This document shows, one piece after another, positions 50,386 through 61,031 of a DNA stretch of 64,000 bases. Below the pieces are notes generated by a model. That model saw only the letters and a program-made list of their open reading frames with translations. It was not told the origin of the DNA and ran no database searches. Source of the stretch: an uncultured archaeon (GTDB lineage: Archaea; Halobacteriota; Methanosarcinia; Methanosarcinales; Methanoperedenaceae); contig CABMCA010000002.1 in the NCBI GenBank assembly GCA_902384525.1, forward strand, positions 312-64,311, in the 5' to 3' direction. A program made the translations under genes and the position numbers. How positions within the stretch are numbered: the stretch's first letter is position 1; each line of letters starts with the position of its first letter.

Positions 50386-50634
50386 ATGACTGAACGTAAA
50401 TATACCCGCTGGAAAAAATGCCTGATATGCGACGATTTTGTGAAACTCATGTTCCCAGAGGATGCAAGGGATATACTCATAATTTACGAACCCGTAGAAG
50501 GAATGAGCGATGAATCCGGCAACTGGAAGAAAAAACAAATGGGATATATACACCGATCCTGTCTTTTAAAAGCTGCATCATTGAAGCCAAAAAATAATGA
50601 AGAAAGAAACATCAGTATTTCAGAGGGCGTATAG
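50386..50634 (+). CDS. Small putative zinc-binding protein (CxxC...HxxC)
   Basis: CLIC and HRSC motifs; stop overlaps the ubiD start. Confidence 0.5.
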   Translation: MTERKYTRWKKCLICDDFVKLMFPEDARDILIIYEPVEGMSDESGNWKKKQMGYIHRSCLLKAASLKPKNNEERNISISEGV

Positions 50635-52076
50635 TGGCATATAAGGATTTACGGGAGTTCATTGGAATTCTCGAAAAACGAGGACTTCTGAAGCGGATAA
50701 AAACAGAAGTAAGCGCAGAGCTTGAGATCACTGAAATTCTTGACCGATGTGTTAAAAATAAAGGCCCTGCACTTCTTTTTGAAAACATAAAAGGCTATAA
50801 GATGCCTGTATTTGCCAATGCTTTCGGTACAATGGAACGAATGTGTCTTGCACTTGATGTAAATGATCTTGATGACATCGGAGCAAGGATACGCAAACTC
50901 ATGGAATTTGAAGCCCCATCCGGGTTATGGGAAGGAATAAAGAAGCTTCCCGAGGTCGTTGAACTTACATCATTTGCCCCAAAATATGTAAAATCAGGCC
51001 CCTGCAAAGAAATAATTATTAAAGAAGGTTTTTCACTTGATGACCTTCCCATATTGAAATGCTGGCCGGAAGACGGGGGACGCTTTATAACGCTTCCTCT
51101 TGTATTCACAAAAAACCCAAAAACCCAGAAGCAGAATGTAGGGATGTACAGGATGCAGGTCTATGACGGAAAAACCACAGGTATGCACTGGCATATCCAT
51201 AAACACGGGGCGAGAGATTATGCGGATTCGGCAGGCAACGGAAAAATCGAGGTTGCCGTCGCTATCGGGGCAGATCCTTCTGTTGTATATTCGGCAACTG
51301 CGCCGCTTCCCGATAATATCGATGAGATGATGTTTGCAGGATTCCTGCGTAAAAAGAACGTGGAGCTCGTTAAATGCGAAACAGTTGACCTTTATGTTCC
51401 CTCACATGCTGAAATTATCCTTGAAGGATATGTTGATGAAAAAGAGCGCCGCACAGAAGGACCTTTTGGCGACCACACAGGATATTATTCACTTGCAGAT
51501 GAATTCCCGGTGTTCCATGTAACATGCATTACACACCGCAGGAACCCCATTTATCATGCGACCATTGTAGGTATACCGCCGATGGAAGATGCATATCTGG
51601 GGAAAGCAACTGAAAGGATCTTCCTTCCTCTCATGAAAGCGCAGCTTCCTGAAATTGTCGATGTCAACCTGCCTGTTGAAGCCGTTTTCCATAACCTGTG
51701 CATTGTATCAATAAAAAAACGGTATCCTGGGCATGCTAAAAAAGTCATGTTCGCACTATGGGGAATGGGGCAGATGATGTTCGCAAAGACCATAATCGTG
51801 CTTGATGATGATGTAAATGTGCAGGATATGAGGGAAGTTCTCTGGGCAGCGACAACGCGAATGGATCCTTCCAGGGATGTCACGATCATTGATAATGCGC
51901 CGACAGATACGCTTGATCATGCTTCGAAAATGGCCAACCTCGGTTCCAAAATGGGAATTGACGCCACGAGAAAAGGACCGAACGAAGGATTCAACCGGGA
52001 ATGGCCTGATGCTTTGAAAATGGATACTGGAGTAAAAACACGAGTGGATAATATATGGAAAGAGCTTGGACTATAA
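50634..52076 (+). CDS. UbiD-family decarboxylase (menaquinone-biosynthesis type)
   Basis: DLREFI, PALLFEN, NVGMYRMQ, EGPFGDHTGYY, DHAS...SKMGIDAT. Confidence 0.9.
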   Translation: MAYKDLREFIGILEKRGLLKRIKTEVSAELEITEILDRCVKNKGPALLFENIKGYKMPVFANAFGTMERMCLALDVNDLDDIGARIRKLMEFEAPSGLWEGIKKLPEVVELTSFAPKYVKSGPCKEIIIKEGFSLDDLPILKCWPEDGGRFITLPLVFTKNPKTQKQNVGMYRMQVYDGKTTGMHWHIHKHGARDYADSAGNGKIEVAVAIGADPSVVYSATAPLPDNIDEMMFAGFLRKKNVELVKCETVDLYVPSHAEIILEGYVDEKERRTEGPFGDHTGYYSLADEFPVFHVTCITHRRNPIYHATIVGIPPMEDAYLGKATERIFLPLMKAQLPEIVDVNLPVEAVFHNLCIVSIKKRYPGHAKKVMFALWGMGQMMFAKTIIVLDDDVNVQDMREVLWAATTRMDPSRDVTIIDNAPTDTLDHASKMANLGSKMGIDATRKGPNEGFNREWPDALKMDTGVKTRVDNIWKELGL

Positions 52077-52841
52077 TCAGTCCTTGCCCAGGTCTTCTCC
52101 TCCATAATATATCTGCTGCACTGTATTGTATATATCTTCCATGCCTGATCCATAAGTCGATGAGACCGGAATAATATTCTGGCTTGCCCCAAATGATTTG
52201 AGCGCCGAAAGGAATTCAATACTTAGCTGGCTTTGCATCGTAGGTACCTCATTATGGATATCATCTTCAAGATCCATAATATTCCTGCTCCAGTTAATTA
52301 TTTTCTCGCGTTCATCATCTTTTAGCAGATCTGATTTTGGAAGGATATTTAAGAAAGGGACGTTGAACCGCATCTGAACAGATGCCGCCTGGAGCATTAA
52401 TGAAATAAATCCCGATGGGGTTTTTGAGATTATTGGGTCATAGAGAAAACCGATAATCGACTGATCGGCGCCAAGGGTGTCAATGAGGAATTTTCCCGAT
52501 TGTCTAAGGACAAATAGTTCCATCTGCCCGGGCGTGTCAAAAATAACATAATCGGGTTCATAGCTTTCAATTATCTCTTTCATCTCATCGATATTTAAAG
52601 CAAGAAGGTCCGCTGCTATGATCTGTGCTCCGTTTGGCCCAACTCCATATTCCTTCATTACATCGTCCAATTTTACCCAGTCACGGATATCCACATCAGG
52701 GACATAAGGAGCATTTTCGATGCCGGGGTCAAGGTTTACCGTAATTGCATCATATCTCTGATTTTCCATCCATCCAAAAAAAGCATTTGTAAGTGAAGAT
52801 TTGCCACTTCCAGCCGAGCCGATAAAATAAAGATTGATCAT
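52077..52841 (-). CDS. GPN-loop GTPase
   Basis: GSAGSGKS, NLDPG, GVGPNGA, DTPGQME; true start MINLYF at 52841. Confidence 0.9.
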   Translation of the reverse strand: MINLYFIGSAGSGKSSLTNAFFGWMENQRYDAITVNLDPGIENAPYVPDVDIRDWVKLDDVMKEYGVGPNGAQIIAADLLALNIDEMKEIIESYEPDYVIFDTPGQMELFVLRQSGKFLIDTLGADQSIIGFLYDPIISKTPSGFISLMLQAASVQMRFNVPFLNILPKSDLLKDDEREKIINWSRNIMDLEDDIHNEVPTMQSQLSIEFLSALKSFGASQNIIPVSSTYGSGMEDIYNTVQQIYYGGEDLGKD

Positions 52842-52885
52842 TGCTATCAGGTAGTAAATATCGGTCAAGAGAGAAAAGATTTTTG

Positions 52886-53761
52886 ATGTTAAAAAAATTG
52901 AAATTATATGCAGATTTTGTTGTGCTGAAGCATACGCTTTTTGCCATCCCTTTTGCTTATCTTGGGGCAATCCTGGCAAGTAAGGGTGTTCCTGAACTTC
53001 GGGTTTTGTTCTGGGTCGGGCTTGCATTCCTGGGGGCGCGAAGCGCTGCGATGGCGCTGAATAATCTTATTGATAAGGATATCGATGCAAAAAACCCGAG
53101 GACAGCAAATCGCGAGCTGCCTGCTGGTAAGATAACATTATCCGAAGTATGGGGATTAATACTCATCTCTTATTTTTTCCTGTTTTACTCTGCCTACAAA
53201 CTGAATCCGCTATGCCTTGTGCTTGCGCCAGTCATTCCGGTTACGTCAATAATATATCCGTATCTTAAAAGGTCTCTTCCCATATCGCATTTTGTCCTGG
53301 GGATGAACCTTGGTTATGCTCCTGTGGGAGGATGGCTTGCAGTAACGGGGACATTTAATTTTCCATTCAGCGAAGCAGAAATTGCCATGCTTCTGCTTCT
53401 TTTTGCTGTTACATTATGGGTAGCGGGTTTTGATATTATTTATTCGCTTCAGGACATTGATTTTGATATCAAGAATAAGTTGTATTCTGTGCCATCTGTT
53501 TTCGGTGTAAAGAGGGCGCTTGATGTGTCGTTTGTGTCGCATATATTGATGCTTATACTCCTGGTAGGCTTGATGTTCGTGATGAAGCTTGGGATTATTT
53601 TCAAGGTGGGGCTGATTGTTATTGCTGCTCTTATATGGTATGAGCATACGCTTGTTAAAGCCGATAATTTCACAAATGTTCCTGTGGCGTTCTTTAATGT
53701 GAATGCGGCTGTGAGTTTGAGCATGCTGATGTTTGCTGTTCTGGATATTTTGTTGGGCTGA
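52886..53761 (+). CDS. UbiA-family prenyltransferase (4-hydroxybenzoate/MqnP-like)
   Basis: KHTLFAIPFAY, NNLIDKDIDAKNPRT, YPYLKR, FDIIYSLQDIDFD. Confidence 0.9.
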   Translation: MLKKLKLYADFVVLKHTLFAIPFAYLGAILASKGVPELRVLFWVGLAFLGARSAAMALNNLIDKDIDAKNPRTANRELPAGKITLSEVWGLILISYFFLFYSAYKLNPLCLVLAPVIPVTSIIYPYLKRSLPISHFVLGMNLGYAPVGGWLAVTGTFNFPFSEAEIAMLLLLFAVTLWVAGFDIIYSLQDIDFDIKNKLYSVPSVFGVKRALDVSFVSHILMLILLVGLMFVMKLGIIFKVGLIVIAALIWYEHTLVKADNFTNVPVAFFNVNAAVSLSMLMFAVLDILLG

Positions 53762-53835
53762 AGATTAAATAAAAGGAAATCTGGGATTAATTTTTTCTGC
53801 GAACATTATTTGTAATCCACCGCCAATTACCACCC

Positions 53836-54135
53836 ATGCGCAAAAAACAAAAAGACTGGTCAAAAGACATGGCATTTCAGCGTATGATCCGGCTTTTTGA
53901 ACTGGCTCACATTGAATTTGAAAAATATCCCGCTCGCAGCAACCGTTATGTACAGCTTGCGCGAAAAATCGGGATGAGATACAGGGTCAGGATGCCGCAA
54001 GAGTTCAAGAGGCAAATATGCAAGCACTGCCATGCTTATTTAGTTCAGGGCGTTACTGCGCGTACAAGGCTTCAGGGCACTCACATATCCACTACATGCA
54101 CATCATGCGGAAAGCAGATGAGGCTGCCTTATTAG
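53836..54135 (+). CDS. rnp4: RNase P protein component 4 (Rpp21)
   Basis: RYVQLARKIGMR, CKHC...CTSCG, RLPY. Confidence 0.9.
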   Translation: MRKKQKDWSKDMAFQRMIRLFELAHIEFEKYPARSNRYVQLARKIGMRYRVRMPQEFKRQICKHCHAYLVQGVTARTRLQGTHISTTCTSCGKQMRLPY

Positions 54136-54175
54136 TTGGGTTCAGATTATATAGTTGGAAAGACGATTATTATTA

Positions 54176-56236
54176 ATGGCCGGAAAAATCAAGAGGCAAC
54201 CTAACAAGCTGATTTCGGAAAAAAGTCCCTACCTTCTGCAGCATGCATATAACCCTGTGAATTGGTACCCGTGGGGGGAAGAAGCTTTTGATAAAGCCAG
54301 AACCGAAGATAAACCTGTTTTTCTCTCTATTGGATATTCCACATGCCACTGGTGTCATGTGATGGAAAAGGAATCCTTTGAGGATGATGATGTTGCAGCA
54401 TTGATGAATGATACCTTTGTGAGCATCAAAGTTGACCGGGAAGAAAGGCCCGATATTGATAGCATCTATATGGCAGTCTGCCAGGCAATGACAGGAAGCG
54501 GGGGCTGGCCGCTTAATTTATTACTGACACCCGACAGGAGACCATTTCACGCTTTGACCTATATACCGAAAGAAAGAAGGTTCGGTAGGATTGGTATGTT
54601 AGACCTGATACCCCATATCAAAGAACTCTGGAAATCACACAGAGATGAAGTTGAAAAAGCCGCGAGCCATAATGTAAACGCTCTCAAGCCTGCGTCAGAA
54701 TATCTTGCAGGAGAAAGACTGACTGAAGAGATACTTCACATTGCCTACGAACAGCTTCTGGGAATGTTCGATGAAGAACACGGCGGGTTTGGTCATGCGC
54801 CTAAATTCCCGGCGCCTCACAACCTCATGTTCCTTCTTCGCTACTGGAAACGCACCGGAGACAGGATGGCTCTTATGATGGTCGAAAAGACACTTTACGC
54901 CATGCGTATGGGAGGAATTTATGACCATGTAGGATTTGGTTTTCACCGCTATTCTGTTGATCAAAGATGGCTTGTTCCGCATTTTGAAAAAATGCTTTAT
55001 GACCAGGCTTTGCTGGCAATGGCCTACACTGAAACTTACCAGGCTACAGGAAAAGAAGATTTCGAAAAGACATGCAGGGAAATTTTTACCTATGTATTAA
55101 GGGATATGACATCACCTGAGGGAGGATTTTTTTCAGGTGAAGACGCTGACAGCGAAGGAGAAGAAGGGAAATTTTATCTCTGGACCGAAAATGAGTTACA
55201 TCAGATACTCCCGGATGAAGAGTATATATTAGTTAAGAAGTTATTCAATATCAAGGTAAACGGAAATTTCCAGGAAGGAAATGGACAAAATATTTTTTAT
55301 TTATCAAAACCCGTCATTGAAGTTCCTGATCTTCCAGCAAATATTGAAAAGATAATTGAGTCCTCACGAAATAAATTATTCGAAGCACGTGAAAAACGTA
55401 TCCATCCTGGCAAGGATGACAAGATACTGACAGACTGGAATGGACTGATGATAGCAGCCCTGGCTAAGGCTTCCCAGGCATTTGACGAACCAGAATATGC
55501 AAAAGCCGCTCAAAATGCTGCGGATTTTATTCTTTCCAAAATGCGTAGCGTAAATGACGGACTTTATCACCGTTACAGGGAAAGTGAAGCCGCAATTAAG
55601 GGTTTTTTAGATGATTATGCGTTTTTGGTCTGGGGATTACTCGAACTTTATGAGGCGACCTTCGAGATCCGTTACCTGAAGGCAGCTCTTGAATTCAATG
55701 AATATTTACTTGCGCATTTCCGGGATACGGAGGCTGGTGGATTTTTCCTTACATCAGATAATGTCGAGAATATTCTCATAAAGAAAAAAGATATTTATGA
55801 CGGAGCCATTCCGTCAGGTAACTCAATAGCGATGCTGAATCTTATTCGGCTTTCCAGGATCACAGCTGATCCGGAACTTGAACGAAAAGCTGATGCTATC
55901 GGGCAGGCATTCTCTCTGAAAGTTGGACAGGCACCTGCTGGTTATACCATGCTTATGTCTGCGCTTGATTTTACTCTGGGGCCATCGAGTGAAGTTATAA
56001 TTGCAGGGGATCTGCAGGCAGATGATACGATGGATATGCTAAAGGCACTCCGGAAAGAATTTATTCCGAATAAGGTTGTAATTTTGCGGCCTGATGAAGA
56101 AAGTGAGATCATGCGAATTTCGGATTATACAAAAAGCCTTTCAAGCAAGGGAGGAAAAGCAACTGCGTATGTATGCCGGAATTTCAGCTGCAGATTACCT
56201 GTAACTGAGCCGGGGGAAATGCTGGAATTGTTGTGA
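54176..56236 (+). CDS. YyaL/SSP411-family thioredoxin-domain protein
   Basis: [40 protein letters not shown]. Confidence 0.92.
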   Translation: MAGKIKRQPNKLISEKSPYLLQHAYNPVNWYPWGEEAFDKARTEDKPVFLSIGYSTCHWCHVMEKESFEDDDVAALMNDTFVSIKVDREERPDIDSIYMAVCQAMTGSGGWPLNLLLTPDRRPFHALTYIPKERRFGRIGMLDLIPHIKELWKSHRDEVEKAASHNVNALKPASEYLAGERLTEEILHIAYEQLLGMFDEEHGGFGHAPKFPAPHNLMFLLRYWKRTGDRMALMMVEKTLYAMRMGGIYDHVGFGFHRYSVDQRWLVPHFEKMLYDQALLAMAYTETYQATGKEDFEKTCREIFTYVLRDMTSPEGGFFSGEDADSEGEEGKFYLWTENELHQILPDEEYILVKKLFNIKVNGNFQEGNGQNIFYLSKPVIEVPDLPANIEKIIESSRNKLFEAREKRIHPGKDDKILTDWNGLMIAALAKASQAFDEPEYAKAAQNAADFILSKMRSVNDGLYHRYRESEAAIKGFLDDYAFLVWGLLELYEATFEIRYLKAALEFNEYLLAHFRDTEAGGFFLTSDNVENILIKKKDIYDGAIPSGNSIAMLNLIRLSRITADPELERKADAIGQAFSLKVGQAPAGYTMLMSALDFTLGPSSEVIIAGDLQADDTMDMLKALRKEFIPNKVVILRPDEESEIMRISDYTKSLSSKGGKATAYVCRNFSCRLPVTEPGEMLELL

Positions 56237-56256
56237 AACCTCGTAGAGAAACGCAT

Positions 56257-57117
56257 CTATTTTTTCACCCATAAGAAGTACAATGCAACTATAATAATAT
56301 TCATAATTAATACGATCGATATTATAGACAATGTCGAGACCCATGACGATCCAATTCGGGTAATGACCGCTGTTTCAGCAGGCTGTTGTGGGGTTTCAAG
56401 AGCAGCGGATACATTGGCATTGGCAGTAGGTTTCGCTCCACTTATCTTCGCAATTATAGCAAACGGTGAGAATGTAATTGTTTTTCCTTCAAAGAATGTG
56501 TTTGTGTCATCTTTTGACAATACGTTGGTTTCAAGTTCTATCCAGCTATTCCCGTTCCATTTCACAAATACGATATCGCTGCTTGTAACATTGTTAGCGC
56601 TCATCCAGGAGTTTTCAACCCTGAATTTGATGGAGGCTTCCTTTATGTTCCTTGATGTTGCAAAGCCCGGTGTTCCCACCCAGATGTTGACATTTTTATA
56701 AACAAGACCCTCCGGCGGTGTCTTAACAAGGGTAGAAGTACCTTTCAATACTTGCGCTAAGGCCGTTATTATATCCATACTGGTGTTGCCCGTTATATTG
56801 ACGAACATTACAGGATTCTTCACATGTGTAAAACTGTAGAATGTGGTCACATTTCTGTATATTGGCAGCTCACATTTTTCAATCAACTCAATATTAGATA
56901 AGTTCTCTCTAAATGAAACCTCTCCGCCGCCGCTGCTTATGGATGTATTGTCTGGCAGAGAATATGTAACATTCACTGATTCGGCAAGAGTAACTGAATT
57001 CACTGACCAGGAGGCACTCACGGGGGATGCTAAAACAAGAAGGATGGTCAATAGAATTATTTTAAATGTAACAGAGATTTTACCTGGAAATTTATTTTTA
57101 ATTATTTCACTGTTCAT
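56257..57117 (-). CDS. PGF-pre-PGF-domain surface protein
   Basis: Signal peptide, VYKNVNIWVG, IKFRVENSW, FSPFAI, C-terminal TM. Confidence 0.85.
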   Translation of the reverse strand: MNSEIIKNKFPGKISVTFKIILLTILLVLASPVSASWSVNSVTLAESVNVTYSLPDNTSISSGGGEVSFRENLSNIELIEKCELPIYRNVTTFYSFTHVKNPVMFVNITGNTSMDIITALAQVLKGTSTLVKTPPEGLVYKNVNIWVGTPGFATSRNIKEASIKFRVENSWMSANNVTSSDIVFVKWNGNSWIELETNVLSKDDTNTFFEGKTITFSPFAIIAKISGAKPTANANVSAALETPQQPAETAVITRIGSSWVSTLSIISIVLIMNIIIVALYFLWVKK

Positions 57118-57150
57118 ATCAGCAACCCTTTATTGAAGCAAACACTCTTA

Positions 57151-58359
57151 TTATCTGCGGCTATTATTTTTTGATACTGATTTAACAGAAACTTTGCAAC
57201 AAACCTTATCCAGATACGACTCTATCCGTCCCAATGCCTCAACAAGCTGCTCGCGCGATGTTGCATATGAACACCGCAGATGTCCCTCGCCGCAATCCCC
57301 GAATACATTTCCGGGAACTACCGCAACTTTCTCTTCTCTCAGGAGCCCGCCTGCGAACTCCTCAGATGTCATGCCTGTGCTTTTGATGCTGGGGAATGCA
57401 TAAAATGCGCCTTTGGGCTCAAAACAATCAAGACCAAGTTTATTTAACCCATCCACGATGAGGCGGCGCCTGCGGTCATATTCCCGGATCATCTTTTCCA
57501 TTTCGTCGTTTCCGTTCTTCAGGGCCTCAATTGCGCCCATTTGCGCGGTTATCGGCGCGCAAAGCATTGCATACTGGTGTATCCTGGTCATAGCCCCGAT
57601 CAAATCTTCGCAACCTGTCGCAAAACCGAGGCGCAAACCAGTCATGGCATGGGATTTTGAAAATCCGTTCAATATTATCGTTCTTTCTTTCATTCCCTGA
57701 ATTGATGAAAAACACGTATGTGAGCCGCCATATGTTAATTTGCAATATACTTCATCAGAGATCACGGCAAGGTCGTATTCATTGACCAGCACAGCTATTT
57801 CCTCAAGGTCTTTCCTCCTCAGGACCGAACCTGTAGGATTATTTGGATAGCTCAGCACAAGAGCTTTTGTTTTCTTTGTTACGCTCTTTTCTATCTGCTC
57901 TGCTGTGACCCTGAACTCATTTTCCCTGTTCGTCCGTACAGGAACGGGTATCCCTCCTGCAAGGGAAACGCTTGGTTTATAGGAAACATAACTCGGTTCC
58001 GGGACGATCACTTCATCCCCCGGATTTATTATTGCCCTGAAAGCAAGATCTGCGGCCTCACTAACCCCTGTTGTGACCAGGATCTGGTTTTGGGGATTGT
58101 AATCAACATTATAATCTTTCTTATAACTTTTCGAGATCAATTCCCTTAATTCAAGAAGGCCAAGATTAGAAGTATAGGATGTGAATCCTTTCTCAAGAGA
58201 ATATATGCACGCCTCCCTGATATGCCAGGGTGTGACGAAATCAGGCTCACCTACCCCAAGTGATATTACTCCTTCCATCTCAAGCACAAGGTCAAAGAAT
58301 TTCCTGATACCTGAGGGAGGGATATTCCTTACTACTTCCGCGACGAATTTATCAGGCAT
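57151..58359 (-). CDS. Class I/II PLP-dependent aminotransferase
   Basis: ISLGVGEPDF, SYPNNPTG, SDEVY, NGFSKSHAMTGLRLG. Confidence 0.92.
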   Translation of the reverse strand: MPDKFVAEVVRNIPPSGIRKFFDLVLEMEGVISLGVGEPDFVTPWHIREACIYSLEKGFTSYTSNLGLLELRELISKSYKKDYNVDYNPQNQILVTTGVSEAADLAFRAIINPGDEVIVPEPSYVSYKPSVSLAGGIPVPVRTNRENEFRVTAEQIEKSVTKKTKALVLSYPNNPTGSVLRRKDLEEIAVLVNEYDLAVISDEVYCKLTYGGSHTCFSSIQGMKERTIILNGFSKSHAMTGLRLGFATGCEDLIGAMTRIHQYAMLCAPITAQMGAIEALKNGNDEMEKMIREYDRRRRLIVDGLNKLGLDCFEPKGAFYAFPSIKSTGMTSEEFAGGLLREEKVAVVPGNVFGDCGEGHLRCSYATSREQLVEALGRIESYLDKVCCKVSVKSVSKNNSRR

Positions 58360-58366
58360 AAGATCA

Positions 58367-58846
58367 CTACGGCGACACCGGCAGTCTCTCAGAACGCTCT
58401 TTCTCGAACAGGATATCCCCATCCTGCTTGTATGTTCTCAACACAAAATGCGTGACAGTTCCCTGCACCTGTTCAAGTGTAGCTATTTTTTCAGCAACGA
58501 AAAACGCAACTTCTTTCATGGACTTACCGCGCACGGTAAGCGACAGGTCATGTCCTCCTGAGATAAGGCGGACCGATACAACTTCCGGGAATTTGGCTAT
58601 CCGCTCTGCAATAGCATCATAGCCCGTCCTTGAACGTAAAAGAACTTTTAGCTCGATAATAGCATATACATATTCTTCCCCTGCTTTTTCCCAATCAATT
58701 ACCGTCTTGTATTTCCTGATAATTCCCTTTTTTTCCATTTCCTTTATCTTTGAGGCAACCTGTGCTTCCGTAAGCCCTGTCATTGTTGCTATTTCTTCTG
58801 GCTGTATTTTAGGGTCATTTTCAAGGATATCAAGTATTTCTTTCAT
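58367..58846 (-). CDS. Lrp/AsnC-family transcriptional regulator
   Basis: N-terminal HTH, ISGGHDL RAM domain; upstream of the aminotransferase. Confidence 0.9.
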   Translation of the reverse strand: MKEILDILENDPKIQPEEIATMTGLTEAQVASKIKEMEKKGIIRKYKTVIDWEKAGEEYVYAIIELKVLLRSRTGYDAIAERIAKFPEVVSVRLISGGHDLSLTVRGKSMKEVAFFVAEKIATLEQVQGTVTHFVLRTYKQDGDILFEKERSERLPVSP

Positions 58847-58993
58847 TGTCTTGCCTCGCGGGGGTTTTTATTGTTCTGGGAGGTAATAGGTTTTGTGTTC
58901 AAGTATGATACTTTTCACTAATTTCCGGCTTGAAAAAGTCCCATAGATAATTTCCAAAGCTTTTTATTGATATACCTTGTCTTTTGAGGGAAT

Positions 58994-59623
58994 ATGCGAG
59001 CCGTCATTCCATTCAGGAAAAGTAATGCAAAGTCAAGGTTAAGCTCATTGCTATCTGAAAAAGAGCGCGAGGAGCTTGCGATGGCTATGCTGAATGACGT
59101 GGCTGGAACGCTTGTAAGATCAGGATGTTTTGACGTGATCGATATTTTATCCACATCAATGATCGAAGTCGAAGGTGTAAATATTGTTCTGACGGAGATG
59201 GGTTTGAATGAAGCCCTGAATGAATACCTTGGCAAGATGTCCTCACATAAAATAAATGAGCCAGTCCTTATAATTATGGCGGATATACCCCTTGTCTCAA
59301 CAAAGAACATAATAGATATTGTTTCATCCAATGCCGATATCGTGATCGCGCCAGGGAGAATGGGAGGCACGAATGCAATATTTATCCGCGACCCGGCAAG
59401 TTTCCATGTGGATTATTACGGCGCAAGTTTCCTTAAACACCTTAAGATCGCTTCAGGCCTTCATACAGAGGTCTTTGACTCTTTTAATATCAGTACTGAC
59501 ATAGATGAAGTTCCTGACCTTATAGAAGTCCTGCTTCATGGGAAAGGGTATTCGCAGAAATACTTAAAGAAGATCGGCATAGATGTATTAGCGAACGGTG
59601 GTCGTGTGGGAGTTAAAAGGTAG
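58994..59623 (+). CDS. cofC: 2-phospho-L-lactate guanylyltransferase (F420 biosynthesis)
   Basis: AKSRLS, GLNEAL, MADIP, GGTNA, YGASFLKH, DIDEVPDL. Confidence 0.92.
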   Translation: MRAVIPFRKSNAKSRLSSLLSEKEREELAMAMLNDVAGTLVRSGCFDVIDILSTSMIEVEGVNIVLTEMGLNEALNEYLGKMSSHKINEPVLIIMADIPLVSTKNIIDIVSSNADIVIAPGRMGGTNAIFIRDPASFHVDYYGASFLKHLKIASGLHTEVFDSFNISTDIDEVPDLIEVLLHGKGYSQKYLKKIGIDVLANGGRVGVKR

Positions 59624-59726
59624 AATCTTATTAATAAAATTAAACTGTATTATTTTCAGTTTAATGATAATAGCCTGGATGATCCACAGCGGTAATCTTT
59701 CTTTTCTGGCTATACTGAATCGGAAT

Positions 59727-59981
59727 TTATCTATCATAGATATTTTTCCTGTGACCAACTTTTAAAATTAATATTTTAAATTTGTTGTTTTCAATATCCA
59801 TTATAACTCTATAATCACCCACACGCAACTTATAACCGGGATCTTCCACAATTTTAGTCACATAAGCTTCAGGTCTTATTCTGATTCGTTCTAATACTGC
59901 AATTATTCTTTCCTGGATGTTTTTTTCCAGTTTCTTAAGCTGTCTGAAAGCTTTATCTGAAAAAATAATTTCATATGTCAT
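59727..59981 (-). CDS. RelE/ParE-family toxin
   Basis: FSDKAFRQLKKL, YKLRVGDYRVI, VGHRKNIY. Confidence 0.9.
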   Translation of the reverse strand: MTYEIIFSDKAFRQLKKLEKNIQERIIAVLERIRIRPEAYVTKIVEDPGYKLRVGDYRVIMDIENNKFKILILKVGHRKNIYDR

Positions 59982-60196
59982 ATTCCAAGCTCTTTCTTTA
60001 CCTCAGCTAAGGTATGAAAATTGCCAGCTTCTATCTCGGCACGGGCATGAGCGATTTCTTCTTTTGTTTCTTTACTGAGTTCCTGGAAATCCTCTACCAG
60101 ATCCCATATCACTTCCTCATAGGTCTCTTTTTCAAATAACTTCCTTTTTACAAGCTCTTTCTGTAGATCTTCACTTATCTGAATTGAAGTTGCCAT
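59978..60196 (-). CDS. Cognate antitoxin (archaeal RelB-like)
   Basis: MATSIQIS...ETYEEVI...TLAEVKKELG; ATGA overlap with the toxin. Confidence 0.85.
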   Translation of the reverse strand: MATSIQISEDLQKELVKRKLFEKETYEEVIWDLVEDFQELSKETKEEIAHARAEIEAGNFHTLAEVKKELGI

Positions 60197-60463
60197 TGAT
60201 AATCACTATAACCTATTATAATCTATTATAGTAATAAACATTTCTTAGCACCATTTCAAGCTTTTCGTGCGCTTTTATTCCACTAGTTGTTTGAACTGTT
60301 TGGGTTTGAGGTTGGTTCGGGAACTACATAGCTGATTTCTAGTTTTGGCGTTTCTTGTAGTGTTACTGGTTATATCTAATTTCTGTCTGCTTTTCTACAC
60401 ATCTGGAGAGGGAAATTACAAAAGTAAGAACCCCGATAAAAAAACATTTCTCAGCATAGCGGT

Positions 60464-60703
60464 TCACTCATTTTTTCTTTGACTTTGATATTCTTTACCA
60501 GGGCTTTCAGCCACCGCCATGCCTGAGTCCTGGGATGGTTTAACATAAACCTTTCGTGCAAGTGGCTTTTCATCCTCAATTAATTGCTGAAGGGCAAATT
60601 CGATAGCATGAGTTCTATTTGCAAATCGCCTTTTTTCAATCTGTGTATCCACCCATTTTAATAAATCCTCATCAAGAGCAATACTCGTTTTGATTTTAGC
60701 CAT
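60464..60703 (-). CDS. CopG/RHH DNA-binding protein
   Basis: KTSIALDEDLLKWVD...NRTHAIEFAL. Confidence 0.8.
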   Translation of the reverse strand: MAKIKTSIALDEDLLKWVDTQIEKRRFANRTHAIEFALQQLIEDEKPLARKVYVKPSQDSGMAVAESPGKEYQSQRKNE

Positions 60704-60803
60704 ACTATACTTTATCCATAATACCGCAAAGTATTTAGTGATTCATTACCCTATTATACCTAATTATACCTTATTGGGGTACAATTTGAGGGAAGTGATC
60801 GAC

Positions 60804-61031
60804 ATGGCAATACTTGAATCCAGAAATGAGAGGGTAAAATTACTCAAAAAAGGGTTTTCAGGTAAGCAAATAGAGATGCTGTATGTGATTCTCAATTCCC
60901 TTGATGTCGTGAGTGTAGACTGGCAGGATAATGAAATTCCTGGTCGGAGTTATCAAGAAATCTCTGGTTTTATTGAAAATAAAAAGTCTGTAAAAACAAG
61001 CTTGCAATCAAGCCGACCAAGATCGCAATAG
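60804..61031 (+). CDS. Small hypothetical protein
   Basis: MAILESRNERVKLLKKGFSGKQIEMLY; GGAAGTGA RBS-like; 3' end overlaps DUF3307 on the opposite strand. Confidence 0.45.
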   Translation: MAILESRNERVKLLKKGFSGKQIEMLYVILNSLDVVSVDWQDNEIPGRSYQEISGFIENKKSVKTSLQSSRPRSQ

